Source: an uncultured Acidobacteriota bacterium (GTDB taxonomy: Bacteria > Acidobacteriota > Thermoanaerobaculia > Multivoradales > DATKCC01). Taken from it: a stretch of 64,000 bases of DNA. Of this stretch, positions 17,710-27,042 are shown piece by piece; the first letter of the stretch is position 1; each line of letters starts with the position of its first letter. The stretch is taken from positions 201,700 through 265,699 of the forward strand of contig CAWIQD010000009.1 in assembly GCA_963837945.1 (NCBI GenBank), given 5' to 3'. Below the pieces are notes generated by a model. It searched no databases, was not told the origin of the DNA, and saw nothing but the letters and a program-made list of their open reading frames with translations. The position numbers were made by a program, and so were the translations under genes.

Positions 17710-18474
17710 ATGTCCAAGGGTGCGTTCACGATCGACGATAGCGGTCCCGACGATTACAACATCAAGCCTCGTACCGACCTCCAGGAGCCCATTCCGCCCG
17801 AACAGCGAAAGTTGCAGAAGGAGATCTACCAGACACGCGGGACCCTCAAGCTCCTCACCGAGCAAGGCGTCTTCAGAGCGCGGAACGCCCAGGATGGTCC
17901 CCAAAGAGAGGAAGCGGTGCTGAAGGAGTTCAAGACCCGCCTGCGGCAGATCGCGGAGACGGGGCTCACGGGCGACCTCGTGCGGGTCGAGCTTGCCACG
18001 GAGGCTCATGAGGATCTGCGGCGGGAGCTGCTGACGCGCAAGGGCAACGCCATCAAGTTCCACTACCTGGCCATCCTCGCCGCCTGGGCGGGCGTCGGTC
18101 TCGCCCTGGGGCTCGGGCTGTATTGTCTCGGCCCGTGGCCGGCCGGATACGGCCTGCTCGCCATGGGGGCGGTGGTGGGTGCCTGGTTGTCGGTGGCCGC
18201 CTCCCGCTGGTCCCTGGCCTTCGAAGACCTGCCGGACTTTCTTGACTCGCGGGTCGAGCCCCCGGTGCGAATGCTTTTCGTGATCATGCTGGCGCTGACC
18301 CTGGGCGTGGCACTTCAGGCCGGGTTGCTCGACGTCAAGCTCGCCGGGACGGACCTCAAGAGCTTTGTCGACTCGGCGCCCATCGCCCTGATCCTCGGCC
18401 TCGTGGCCGGCGTGACCGAACGCGCCCTGGCGACGCGGTTCATCGAGAAGGCTCAAACGCTCGTCACGAAGTAG
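17710..18474 (+). CDS. hypothetical membrane protein (soluble N-domain plus ~4 TM helices)
   Basis: ORF with C-terminal hydrophobic helices ending GLVAGVTERAL. Confidence 0.75.
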   Translation: MSKGAFTIDDSGPDDYNIKPRTDLQEPIPPEQRKLQKEIYQTRGTLKLLTEQGVFRARNAQDGPQREEAVLKEFKTRLRQIAETGLTGDLVRVELATEAHEDLRRELLTRKGNAIKFHYLAILAAWAGVGLALGLGLYCLGPWPAGYGLLAMGAVVGAWLSVAASRWSLAFEDLPDFLDSRVEPPVRMLFVIMLALTLGVALQAGLLDVKLAGTDLKSFVDSAPIALILGLVAGVTERALATRFIEKAQTLVTK

Positions 18475-18645
18475 GCGGAGCGGGCCGCTCCACGTCTTCC
18501 CGTCCAGCGGATGTGTCCCAGATCGTTGATTTCCGGCAACCATGCTTCTAGGATCGACCGTATACCGTGATGAGGGGTACGGACGATGCCAGTAAGGCCA
18601 CCTTGCATGGTGTTTGCAGGTGGTCCTTCGACTTAGGTCTCCATA

Positions 18646-19050
18646 ATGACTGAGGAAGGAGACGGCGCGATGCCAAGAACCAAGGAGCTGCCACGGTTGC
18701 AGGTGCTGCTCATCGAGACGGAGGACTGTTGGATAGCCCAAGGCATCCAACACGACATCTCCGTCGAGGCAGATACGCTGACGGATCTACTCTACGAGTT
18801 GAACCGGGCGATGGTCGGGCACTACTGCATGTCATTGAGCCGTGACGTCGAGCCGTTCAAGAACATGCCACCGGCTCGTAGCGAATGTGTGGAGCTCTGG
18901 AAGTCTGGCTACAAGGCGATCTTCGACACTCCATCTTTCCAGCTAGCCGAGGAGGCGCAGAGAGAGCCACGAGCGCCAGAGCTTGACCTCCGAATCGCGA
19001 GCGCCCCTCTCCGCGACACGACTGCGAGAGTTGCCGCCCAGCCATCGTGA
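18646..19050 (+). CDS. HicB-like (RNase H-fold) putative antitoxin
   Basis: QVLLIETEDCWIAQGIQHDISVEADTLTDL resembles the HicB beta-beta-beta-alpha N-domain; start may be 18670. Confidence 0.55.
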   Translation: MTEEGDGAMPRTKELPRLQVLLIETEDCWIAQGIQHDISVEADTLTDLLYELNRAMVGHYCMSLSRDVEPFKNMPPARSECVELWKSGYKAIFDTPSFQLAEEAQREPRAPELDLRIASAPLRDTTARVAAQPS

Positions 19051-19349
19051 TTGCCCTGCCGGCGGTCTCCGAGGTCACCATGGCGCTAAAGCCCTTCGGG
19101 GTGAACGCTTGCGCGCTGCCTGGCGAGGTCATTGGGCCACGTGGCCCTACCCGGATTGTCTGCCTTGAGCGGGAAGCGGATGGGGAGCTACATCTGAGTC
19201 AGCCTCTGCCTGAGACGGAGCACATGCCTTGGTCCACCTTCAACAGCATCTGTCGTCAGCTCCATATTGACCCCGATGAGGTGCCGTTGAGCGTGCCCCG
19301 TCCGCCGCCCTGGTGGATCGCGGCGGAAGACGATCTGCCAGCCAACTAG
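19047..19349 (+). CDS. small protein, divergent HicA-like
   Basis: coupled by GTGA overlap; C-terminal STFNSICRQLHID resembles the HicA terminal helix. Confidence 0.45.
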   Translation: MIALPAVSEVTMALKPFGVNACALPGEVIGPRGPTRIVCLEREADGELHLSQPLPETEHMPWSTFNSICRQLHIDPDEVPLSVPRPPPWWIAAEDDLPAN

Positions 19350-19587
19350 CGAAGCTCCGCCTCAAACCGACAAGGCGTCTGAAACTCCTTCGGCTTCGCG
19401 AGCCGGAGCTCCCCCACCCACGTCTTCTGGTTGAGCTATGTTCGCCTGAACGGCTACTCCAGACCGCTGGATTCATCGGATCGCCCCCCTCACCCTCGGT
19501 CCCTCTCCCACCCTCCAGGGGGCGAGGGACGCCCCCCCTCCGCATATCGCTACACCAAGCTCGTGCCGTGCTTCCTGGGGGGCGGGC

Positions 19588-19821
19588 GTGACGGCGGGAG
19601 CGCTCTTCACCCGGCTGACCAACGCGTTTTCGAAGAAGCTGGAGAGCCACACCGCCGCCATCGCCCTCCACTTCGCCTCCTACAACTTCAGTCGGCCTCA
19701 TCGGTCCCTCCGGACCGAGCGCAACAACCGGGTCACGCCGGCCATGGCGGCCGGAGTCGCCCGCCGCCCGATGTCGATTGAGGAGCTGGTTGGGCTCCTG
19801 GATTCAAACTGACCCACTACC
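19588..19821 (+). mobile_element. IS1-family transposase C-terminal remnant with probable right end
   Basis: FTRLTNAFSKK...HFASYNFSRPHRSL...TPAMAAGV; ends TCAAACTGACCCACTACC (IR-like GGTAGTGGGTCAGTTTGA). Confidence 0.8.
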
Positions 19822-19873
19822 GATGGTGCCGCCCGGACCGGCTTCTCGAGGGGCTGCTAAACTCGCTGCCCCG

Positions 19874-21655
19874 ATGACTCTGCAGATCGCCCTGCTCCTG
19901 GGCATCCTCGCCTTCACCCTGGCGTCGTTCGTCCTCGAATGGCTGCCGCTCGATGCCACCGCCCTGGTGTCGCTGGGCATGCTGTTGCTCTCGAACCTGG
20001 TGAGCCCCGAGCAGGCGATCGCCGGCTTCTCGAACCCGGCCGTGGTGACGGTCCTGATGATGTTCATCCTGAGCGAGGGCCTGGTGCAGAGCGGCCTGGT
20101 TCGCCAGATCGGCTACCGGATCGCGCGTGCCGCCGGGCGCTCGAGCTGGAAGGCCTCGACCCTGCTGCTCAGCCTGACCGGCTTCATCTCCGCCTTCATC
20201 AACAACACCGCCGCGGTCTCGATCTTCATCCCGGTCGGCAGCCATCTCGCCGAGCACTACCGGGTGAGCCCGTCGAAGCTGCTGCTGCCGCTCTCCTACG
20301 CCGCGATCTTCGGCGGCACCTGCACGCTGATCGGGACCTCGACGAACCTCCTGGTCAGCGCCCTGGCGGTGAGCCACGGCGAGGAGGCCTTTCACCTCTT
20401 CGAATTCCTGCGCCTGGGCGGCGTCCTGTTCGTCGTCGGGATGCTCTACAACCACTTCGTGGTCGGGCGCCTGCTGCCCGACCGCCCCGCCGCCCCGAGC
20501 TTGACCCGCAAGTACCAGATGGGCGCTTACTTGACCGAGTTCAAGGTGCCGCGGGGGTCGAACCTGACCGGCCGGACGGTGCTCCAGGAGCAGCTCAGCG
20601 ACCGGTTCCGGATCAACGTGCTCGAGATCATCCGGGGCAAGAAGCGCATCGCCACCGACATCCGGCACACGCCGCTCGAAACCGGCGACACCCTGATCGT
20701 CCGGGGCTCGATGGAGGACATCGTCGCCTTCAAGGAGCAGAGCGACCTGCTGCTGCTCTCGGACACCAAGCTCGACGACTCGGACCTGGCGGACGCCAAC
20801 AACATCCTGGCCGAGGTCCAGCTCGCGCCCACCTCGCGGCTGATCGGCGAGTCGCTCAACGAGATCGACTTCCGCAAGCGCTACGGCTGCTTCGTGCTGG
20901 CGCTCAACCGCACCGGCGAGGTGATCCGGGAGAAGCTCGCCTGGGTGAAGCTCAAGCCCTGGGACACGCTGCTCGTCTTCGGGCCGCGCCAGCGGGTCGA
21001 GGGCCTGCAGAGCCAGCCGGAGGACTTCATCCCGCTCCAGGAGCTCGCCATGCGGCTGCACCTGACCCGCCACTGGTGGGTCGGTGCCTTGACCATCCCG
21101 ATAGTCGTCGTGCTGGCGGCCGTGGGCATCATGTCGCTGCTCGAGGCGGCGATTCTCGGCGTGGTGCTCCTGCTGGTCACCCGCACCCTGCGCATCCAGC
21201 AGGTCTATCGCTCGATCGACTGGACGGTCATCTTTCTGCTGGTCGCGATCCTTCCCCTCGGGACCGCCATGGAGAGCACCGGGCTCGCCAAGATCCTGGC
21301 GGAGAGGATCGTCGAGGCCGGGGCGCCGTTCGGGCCGGAGGTGGTGCTGTCGCTGGTCATCCTGGTGACCTCGATCCTCACCTCGTTCATCACCAACAAC
21401 TCGGCCGCGGTCCTGATGGTGCCGATCGCGGTGTCGGTCGCCGCGCGGCTGGGGGTGGACGCGAAGCCGTTCTTGATGGGCGTCGCCTTCGCCGCCTCGA
21501 TGAGCTTCGCCACGCCCATGGGCTACCAGACGAACACGATGGTGCTCGGGCCGGGAGGGTACCGGTTCATGGACTACGTCAAGGTGGGGGTGCCGCTGAC
21601 GCTGATCCTGTGGCTGGTGTCGAGCCTGTTGATCCCGCGGATCTGGCCGCTCTGA
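19874..21655 (+). CDS. SLC13/CitMHS-type permease with two TrkA-C domains
   Basis: GFSNPAV, SAFINNT, GGTCTLIGTSTNLL, TPMGYQTN...GPGGYRFMD. Confidence 0.93.
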   Translation: MTLQIALLLGILAFTLASFVLEWLPLDATALVSLGMLLLSNLVSPEQAIAGFSNPAVVTVLMMFILSEGLVQSGLVRQIGYRIARAAGRSSWKASTLLLSLTGFISAFINNTAAVSIFIPVGSHLAEHYRVSPSKLLLPLSYAAIFGGTCTLIGTSTNLLVSALAVSHGEEAFHLFEFLRLGGVLFVVGMLYNHFVVGRLLPDRPAAPSLTRKYQMGAYLTEFKVPRGSNLTGRTVLQEQLSDRFRINVLEIIRGKKRIATDIRHTPLETGDTLIVRGSMEDIVAFKEQSDLLLLSDTKLDDSDLADANNILAEVQLAPTSRLIGESLNEIDFRKRYGCFVLALNRTGEVIREKLAWVKLKPWDTLLVFGPRQRVEGLQSQPEDFIPLQELAMRLHLTRHWWVGALTIPIVVVLAAVGIMSLLEAAILGVVLLLVTRTLRIQQVYRSIDWTVIFLLVAILPLGTAMESTGLAKILAERIVEAGAPFGPEVVLSLVILVTSILTSFITNNSAAVLMVPIAVSVAARLGVDAKPFLMGVAFAASMSFATPMGYQTNTMVLGPGGYRFMDYVKVGVPLTLILWLVSSLLIPRIWPL

Positions 21656-21768
21656 CCGGATGCCCCCCGCAACCCCTCGATCCCCTTCCCACCCCACGGG
21701 GGGGAAGGGGACGGTTGACCGGATGCCCCCCGCAACCCCTCGATCCCCTTCCCACCCCACGGGGGGGA
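21653..21768. repeat. palindromic repeat family B, tandem pair (63-bp period) between convergent genes
   Basis: TGACCGGATGCCCCCCGCAACCCCTCGATCCCCTTCCCACCCCACGGGGGG twice; related copies at 8567-8620, 14264-14314, 19484-19540, 37275-37320, 41800-41859, 53701-53757, 469-520. Confidence 0.9.
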
Positions 21769-21773
21769 GTGGC

Positions 21774-22574
21774 CTACAGGCCGAGGAGCTCGGGGAGCTC
21801 GACGACCGAGCCGATGGTGGCGTCGGGGTCGGGGCCGAGCTCGTCGCGGCTTCGGACCCAGACCGCGCGCAGGCCCGCCGCGCGGGCGGCGGCGACGTCG
21901 GTCGAGCGTCGGTCGCCCACCACGAGCGCCCGGGACGCGTCGGTTCCGAGCCTCTCGAGGGCGCGGCGGGCCAGGCCGGGCGAGGGCTTGCGGGTTCCTT
22001 CGTCGTAGCTGAAGCACAGGCTGTCGAAGAAGGCGGCGACGCCCTGGTCTTCGAGGACCCGGCGGAACAGGCGCCCGGGGAGCGGCACGTTCGACACCAG
22101 GGCGAGCGACAGACCGGCCGAGACCAGCCGCCCGAGGGCCTCCTGCGCGCCGGAGACGGTCCGCAGGCCCTTGAGGTACGGCCCGGCCCACGCCTCGAGG
22201 AAGCTCCGGGGCTCGGCGGCCGCGCCGGTCCGGCGGCGGAACCGGGCGACGTGCGGCCCCCAGGAGGCCTCGCGCCCGCGCCGGTAGCGCTGCGCGTACT
22301 CCCGGCGCCAGGGCTCGAACAGGAGCCGGTCCAGGCTGGGGTCGTCGGCCTCGCCGCCGGTGCCGCGGACGAGCTCCAGCAGGTCCAGCCGGCCGCGCCG
22401 GTCGAGCTCGCCCCAGGGCAGCCCGCGCGCCTCGCCCAGGTCGAGGATCACGCCGCCCATGTCGAGCAGCACGGCCTCGACGGTCTCGAGCTCCGGCTCG
22501 TCGGGCTCGAAGGCGACGGGCTCGGCCGCAGGCTCGGCACCGGCCGCGCCCGGCGGCGCGCCGTCGTCGCTCAT
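21774..22574 (-). CDS. HAD superfamily hydrolase
   Basis: LLDMGGVI, VSN, RKP, VGDRRSTDV motifs. Confidence 0.9.
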   Translation of the reverse strand: MSDDGAPPGAAGAEPAAEPVAFEPDEPELETVEAVLLDMGGVILDLGEARGLPWGELDRRGRLDLLELVRGTGGEADDPSLDRLLFEPWRREYAQRYRRGREASWGPHVARFRRRTGAAAEPRSFLEAWAGPYLKGLRTVSGAQEALGRLVSAGLSLALVSNVPLPGRLFRRVLEDQGVAAFFDSLCFSYDEGTRKPSPGLARRALERLGTDASRALVVGDRRSTDVAAARAAGLRAVWVRSRDELGPDPDATIGSVVELPELLGL

Positions 22575-23395
22575 CGCTGGCACCTCGGGCAGTAGAAGGT
22601 GCTCCGGTTCGAGTGGAGCCGGCGGCGCACCGGGGCCCTGCAGGCGGTGCAGGGCTCCCCCTCCCGGCCGTAGACCGCCAGGGAGACCTGGAAGTAGCCG
22701 CTCTCGCCGGCGCCGTTGCGGAAGTCGTTGAGCGTGGTGCCGCCCTCGGCGATGGCGTCGGAGAGCACCTCGACGACCGCCCCCGCCAGCCGGTCCCAGC
22801 GCGCCGGCGCGATGCGGGCGACCGAGCGCGAGGGGTGGATCCGGGCGCGGAAGAGGGCTTCGCAGGCGTAGATGTTGCCCACCCCCACCACCGTCCGGGC
22901 GTCCATCAAGAAGGGCTTGACCGGGCCGCGGCGGCCGCGGGCGGCGGCGCCCAGCCAGGCGCCCGTGAGCTCGCCCGAGAGGGGCTCGAGACCGAGGTGG
23001 GCGAAGTGGCCGTCCGCGGCCACACCGGCGGTCGCCAGGGCGAAGGCGAGGCCGAAGCGCCGCGGGTCGCGCAGGCGGAGCTTCTTGCCCGAGGCGAGGT
23101 GGATCGCCAGGTGCTCGTGGCGCTCGGGGGGCGTCTCGCCCGGGGCGACCGTCAGCCGGCCGCTCATCCCCAGGTGGAGCGCCAGAGTCGAGCCGCCGGC
23201 GACCTCGACCAGCAGGTACTTGGCGCGCCGGCCGAGCCGCTCGATCCGCCGGCCGGCGAGCCGCCGCTCGAGCTCGCCCGCGTCGAGCGGTTCGCGCAGA
23301 GCCGGGCTCCGGACCTCGACCCGCCGGACCTCGTCGCCCACCAGGTAGGGCTCGAGACTGCGGCGGAGGACTTCGACCTCGGGCAGCTCGGGCAT
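22571..23395 (-). CDS. mutM: formamidopyrimidine-DNA glycosylase Fpg
   Basis: MPELPEVE, RRAKYL, HLGMSG, GVGNIY, C4 zinc finger. Confidence 0.97.
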   Translation of the reverse strand: MPELPEVEVLRRSLEPYLVGDEVRRVEVRSPALREPLDAGELERRLAGRRIERLGRRAKYLLVEVAGGSTLALHLGMSGRLTVAPGETPPERHEHLAIHLASGKKLRLRDPRRFGLAFALATAGVAADGHFAHLGLEPLSGELTGAWLGAAARGRRGPVKPFLMDARTVVGVGNIYACEALFRARIHPSRSVARIAPARWDRLAGAVVEVLSDAIAEGGTTLNDFRNGAGESGYFQVSLAVYGREGEPCTACRAPVRRRLHSNRSTFYCPRCQR

Positions 23396-23490
23396 GGGAG
23401 GTCGATTCTACTGCCGGGCGGACCGCCCACCCCGGGGCGCGGCGCACCGCGGCGGCCGGATGAGGCACAATGGGGCCGAGGAGCCCCGCC

Positions 23491-24804
23491 ATGAGACGAA
23501 ACCGCAAGCACCCCACCCCGCCCCCGCCGGGCGAAGCCCGCCCCGAATCCCTGATGATGAGCTACGGCTACCGGCCCGAGTGGTCGGAGGGCTCGATCAA
23601 GCCGCCGGTCTTCCAGACCTCGACCTTCGCCTTCCGCACCGCACGGGAGGGCAAGGACTTCTTCTCGTGGGCCTACGGCCTGACCGAGCGCGATCCGGCG
23701 CGCCCGATGGGGCTCATCTACAGCCGGCTCAACAACCCGAACCTCCAGATCCTGGAGGAGCGGCTCAACCTCTGGGACCGGGCCGAGGAGACCGCCGTCT
23801 TCTCCTCCGGGATGGCGGCCATCTCCACCTCGATCCTGGCGACCGTGCCCATGGGCTCGGGCGTCGTCTTCAGCGAGCCGGTCTACGGCGGCACCGACTA
23901 CTTGATGGCGCACGTGCTCCCGGCGATGGGGATCGCCACGCGCTGCGTCCGCGCCGGCGACGCCCCGGAGGCGATCGAGGCCGAGGTTTCCCGCCTGGAG
24001 GCCGACGGCACGCCCTGCCGCCTGGTCTATCTCGAGACGCCTTCGAACCCCACGATCGTCTCGACCGACATCGCGGCGGCCGCCGGCGTGGCGCACCGCC
24101 ACGGCGCGATCTGCGCGGTCGACAACACGCTTCTCGGCCCCCTCTACCAGCAGCCGCTCGAGCACGGCGCCGACCTGGTGCTCTACTCCGCCACCAAGTA
24201 CCTGGGCGGCCACAGCGACCTGGTCGCGGGCGCCGCCCTCGGCTCGGCCGAGCTGGTCCAGCAGATCAAGATGCTCCGCACGATCCTGGGCAACATGCTC
24301 GACCCGCACTCGGCCTGGCTCCTGCTCCGGTCGCTCGAAACCGCGAAGCTGCGCATGACCTGCTCGCGCAAGAACGCCGAGCGAGTCGCCCGCTGGCTGG
24401 CGAAGCACCCGAAGATCTCCCGCGTCGACTACCCCGGCTACCACGAGGACCCGCGCCAGCGGGCGATCTTCGAGCGCCAGACGACCGGCGGCGGCGCCCT
24501 GCTCTCCTTCGAGCTCGCCGCGGGGACCGAGGAGGCGGCCTTCCGCTTCCTCGACTCGATGCACCACGTCAAGCTCGCCGTCTCGCTCGGGGCCAACGAG
24601 TCGCTCGCCGAGCACCCGGCCTCGATGACCCATGCCGACGTACCGCCGGAGCGCCAGCGCGAGATGGGGATCACGCCCGGCCTGGTGCGGCTGGCGGTCG
24701 GGATCGAGCACCCGGACGACCTGATCGCCGATCTCGAGCAGGCGCTCGAGAAGGTCGAGGCGGTGCCGGCGGAGGCGGTCGAGGCGGAGCCCGTCGAGGC
24801 GTAG
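23491..24804 (+). CDS. methionine gamma-lyase / cystathionine gamma-synthase family PLP enzyme
   Basis: IYSRLNNPN, FSSGMAAI, ETPSNPT, DNT, SATKYLGGHSD, AVSLG. Confidence 0.93.
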   Translation: MRRNRKHPTPPPPGEARPESLMMSYGYRPEWSEGSIKPPVFQTSTFAFRTAREGKDFFSWAYGLTERDPARPMGLIYSRLNNPNLQILEERLNLWDRAEETAVFSSGMAAISTSILATVPMGSGVVFSEPVYGGTDYLMAHVLPAMGIATRCVRAGDAPEAIEAEVSRLEADGTPCRLVYLETPSNPTIVSTDIAAAAGVAHRHGAICAVDNTLLGPLYQQPLEHGADLVLYSATKYLGGHSDLVAGAALGSAELVQQIKMLRTILGNMLDPHSAWLLLRSLETAKLRMTCSRKNAERVARWLAKHPKISRVDYPGYHEDPRQRAIFERQTTGGGALLSFELAAGTEEAAFRFLDSMHHVKLAVSLGANESLAEHPASMTHADVPPERQREMGITPGLVRLAVGIEHPDDLIADLEQALEKVEAVPAEAVEAEPVEA

Positions 24805-24838
24805 GCCGGGCCGGGGGCTCCGGAATCGGACTGCTGAG

Positions 24839-24868
24839 TTGACACACCCTCCAGCGCGCGTCTAGTCT
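24839..24868 (+). promoter_or_regulatory. putative sigma70 promoter of the cytochrome/GMC operon
   Basis: TTGACA (24839-24844), 18 bp, TAGTCT (24863-24868). Confidence 0.5.
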
Positions 24869-24949
24869 CTTTTCCGCACTTGCGACATTCGTTGCCGGCC
24901 GGGCTCTCGTCCCGACCCCGGATCCGTCGTTCCCGCGAGAGGAGCTGCG

Positions 24950-26461
24950 ATGAGCTGGAGACACCGCATGGCGGTCCTGATGCTGTGCTCGTTGGTCGTG
25001 CCGGCCCTCGGATGCCGGTCCGGAGGCGACGGTGGCGCCACCCCGCCGCCCGCGCCTCGACCGTCCCCCTCGCCGCCGCCGGCGGTGGACGAAGGGAGCT
25101 CGGTGGGGATCGACTGCGGAGGGACGAAGGACTTGCCGGTGACGGTGAGCCCCGACATCCCGTCGGTGCCGGTCTTCGCCCCCGGCTCGCCCGGCGACCT
25201 CGACACCATCCAGTGCGGCTTCGACGTCTTCTCCTGGAACAGCTTCCTGGCGGTCAACCACTCGCCCGGCGGCGGCTTCGGCGGCCATGACGGCGACAAC
25301 CCCACCGTCTGGCAGGCCTGGCCCGAGGCCGGCGACGTCTTCCTGCCCGGCGGCGCCGAGCCGCCGGCCTGGCCCGACGGCCAACCGCCGCCCGAATCCG
25401 ACGTGCCGGCAGCCTGCCGGGGCATCGATCCGTCGGTCCACCTGGTCCTCTCCCAGATCGCCAAGCGCCCGGACGTGCTCGAGTCGGCCAACGAGCCGTT
25501 CGAGTCGGGACCGCTCATCGACACCCACGGCTACTACGCCCGCTTCGAGATCACGGTCAACCAGGAGATGTACCAGTACATCCTCGCGAACGAGCTCTAC
25601 AGCCAGGCGGGCCAGACGGCCTTCTCCGAGGCGGGCCGGACGGTGAGCTTCCCCTGCGGATGCGTGATTCCGGGCGAGACCGACAAGGCGAACATCCCCC
25701 ACGACTGCCCGTCCGGCGGCCAGCAGGGCGCCATCATGGTCAAGGCCTCCTGGAAGATCCTCGACACCGAGGCGGGCGACGACCCGTCGACCTACCACAC
25801 CGCCAAGGCCCTGGTGCTCACCCAGCCCCTGAACGGCGAGCCGGCGACCTGCAAGGAGGAGACGGTCGGCCTGGTCGGCCTCCACATCGGCCACAAGACC
25901 CAGGCGGCGCCGCAGTGGATCTGGTCGACCTTCGAGCACGTCGGCAACGTCCCGACGAAGGGGCAACCGATCCCGGCCGGCGCGAAATACGACTTCTTCC
26001 TCCCCGACTGCACCGACTGCAACGCCGTCAACCAGCCGCCGCCCCAGCCCTGGGACCCCCACGACCAGCCGGTCACCGCCAACTCCGGCAAGAGCCAGGT
26101 GATGCGGGTGATCCCGATCACCGACGCCACGGTCTCGATGAACGGCCAGGTCCAGGGCATCCTGGGCGGCACCGTCTGGCAGAGCTACCAGCTCGTCAGC
26201 ACCCAGTGGCCGACCAACGCGAGCGGCGCCACGCCGGGCGAGCCGACCGCCGACAACGGCTGGTGCGACGCGCTCAGCGCGGTCGACAAGAGCGGCGTGC
26301 CGGCGCCCACCTTCCTCGCCAACACGACGCTCGAGACCTACATCCAGGGCACGGTGCCCCAGGCCTCCTCGAGCTGCATCAACTGCCACCTGAACGCCAC
26401 CATGGCGGCCGGCCAGAACAGCTTCTCGGACTTCACCTACCTCCTCGAAAGGGCCAAGTGA
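24950..26461 (+). CDS. Cys-rich lipoprotein with single C-terminal heme c motif (uncharacterised cytochrome c family)
   Basis: lipobox ALGC, SSCINCH near the C-terminus, conserved-looking blocks VKASWK, WIWSTFEH, LANTTLETY. Confidence 0.8.
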   Translation: MSWRHRMAVLMLCSLVVPALGCRSGGDGGATPPPAPRPSPSPPPAVDEGSSVGIDCGGTKDLPVTVSPDIPSVPVFAPGSPGDLDTIQCGFDVFSWNSFLAVNHSPGGGFGGHDGDNPTVWQAWPEAGDVFLPGGAEPPAWPDGQPPPESDVPAACRGIDPSVHLVLSQIAKRPDVLESANEPFESGPLIDTHGYYARFEITVNQEMYQYILANELYSQAGQTAFSEAGRTVSFPCGCVIPGETDKANIPHDCPSGGQQGAIMVKASWKILDTEAGDDPSTYHTAKALVLTQPLNGEPATCKEETVGLVGLHIGHKTQAAPQWIWSTFEHVGNVPTKGQPIPAGAKYDFFLPDCTDCNAVNQPPPQPWDPHDQPVTANSGKSQVMRVIPITDATVSMNGQVQGILGGTVWQSYQLVSTQWPTNASGATPGEPTADNGWCDALSAVDKSGVPAPTFLANTTLETYIQGTVPQASSSCINCHLNATMAAGQNSFSDFTYLLERAK

Positions 26462-27042
26462 TGAGCCAGGCGTCCACAGCCTCCCCGGTCGACGTCTTCG
26501 TCCAGGTCTCGGCGCTCCTGACCGGCTTCTCGGCCGAGAACGTCCTGGCGCCGGGCCTCGATCCGGTCGACCTGAAGACCACCCTCTACACCTTCGCCCA
26601 CGAGCGCGCCGGCGCCGCCCTCGACGCGCTGCTCGCCCAGTACGCGAAGCTCTCCGGCGGCCAGCCGGTCTGCGCCCTGAGCGACGAGGAGCAGCTCGCG
26701 ATCGGCAACGCGCTCCTCGGGCTCGACGGCCAGAGCCAGGACCCGAACGTCGCGGCGACCGCGCGCGCGGTGTCCCGGGCGTGGTACCTGGGGAGCTGGT
26801 ACCAGCCCTTCGACAACGGCTCGTACCCGGCCGGCACGCAGACCGTGATCAGCGACCAGGCGTACATCGCCGGCCTCGCCTGGAAGGCGATGCAGAGCCA
26901 CGCCATGGGCAACAGCACCTTCACCTACGGCTACTGGGCGAGCGATCCGCCGCCGCTCGACCAGTTCAACCCGCCCACCCAACCCGACCAGTGCCCCGAC
27001 TCGGGATCAGCTTCGGGGTCGACCTCGGGGAGCGCGTCATGA
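26461..27042 (+). CDS. small subunit of FAD-dependent sugar (sorbitol-type) dehydrogenase complex
   Basis: FVQVSALLTG...WYLGSW...AYIAGLAW...YGYWASDP pattern; coupled to both neighbours. Confidence 0.75.
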   Translation: MSQASTASPVDVFVQVSALLTGFSAENVLAPGLDPVDLKTTLYTFAHERAGAALDALLAQYAKLSGGQPVCALSDEEQLAIGNALLGLDGQSQDPNVAATARAVSRAWYLGSWYQPFDNGSYPAGTQTVISDQAYIAGLAWKAMQSHAMGNSTFTYGYWASDPPPLDQFNPPTQPDQCPDSGSASGSTSGSAS

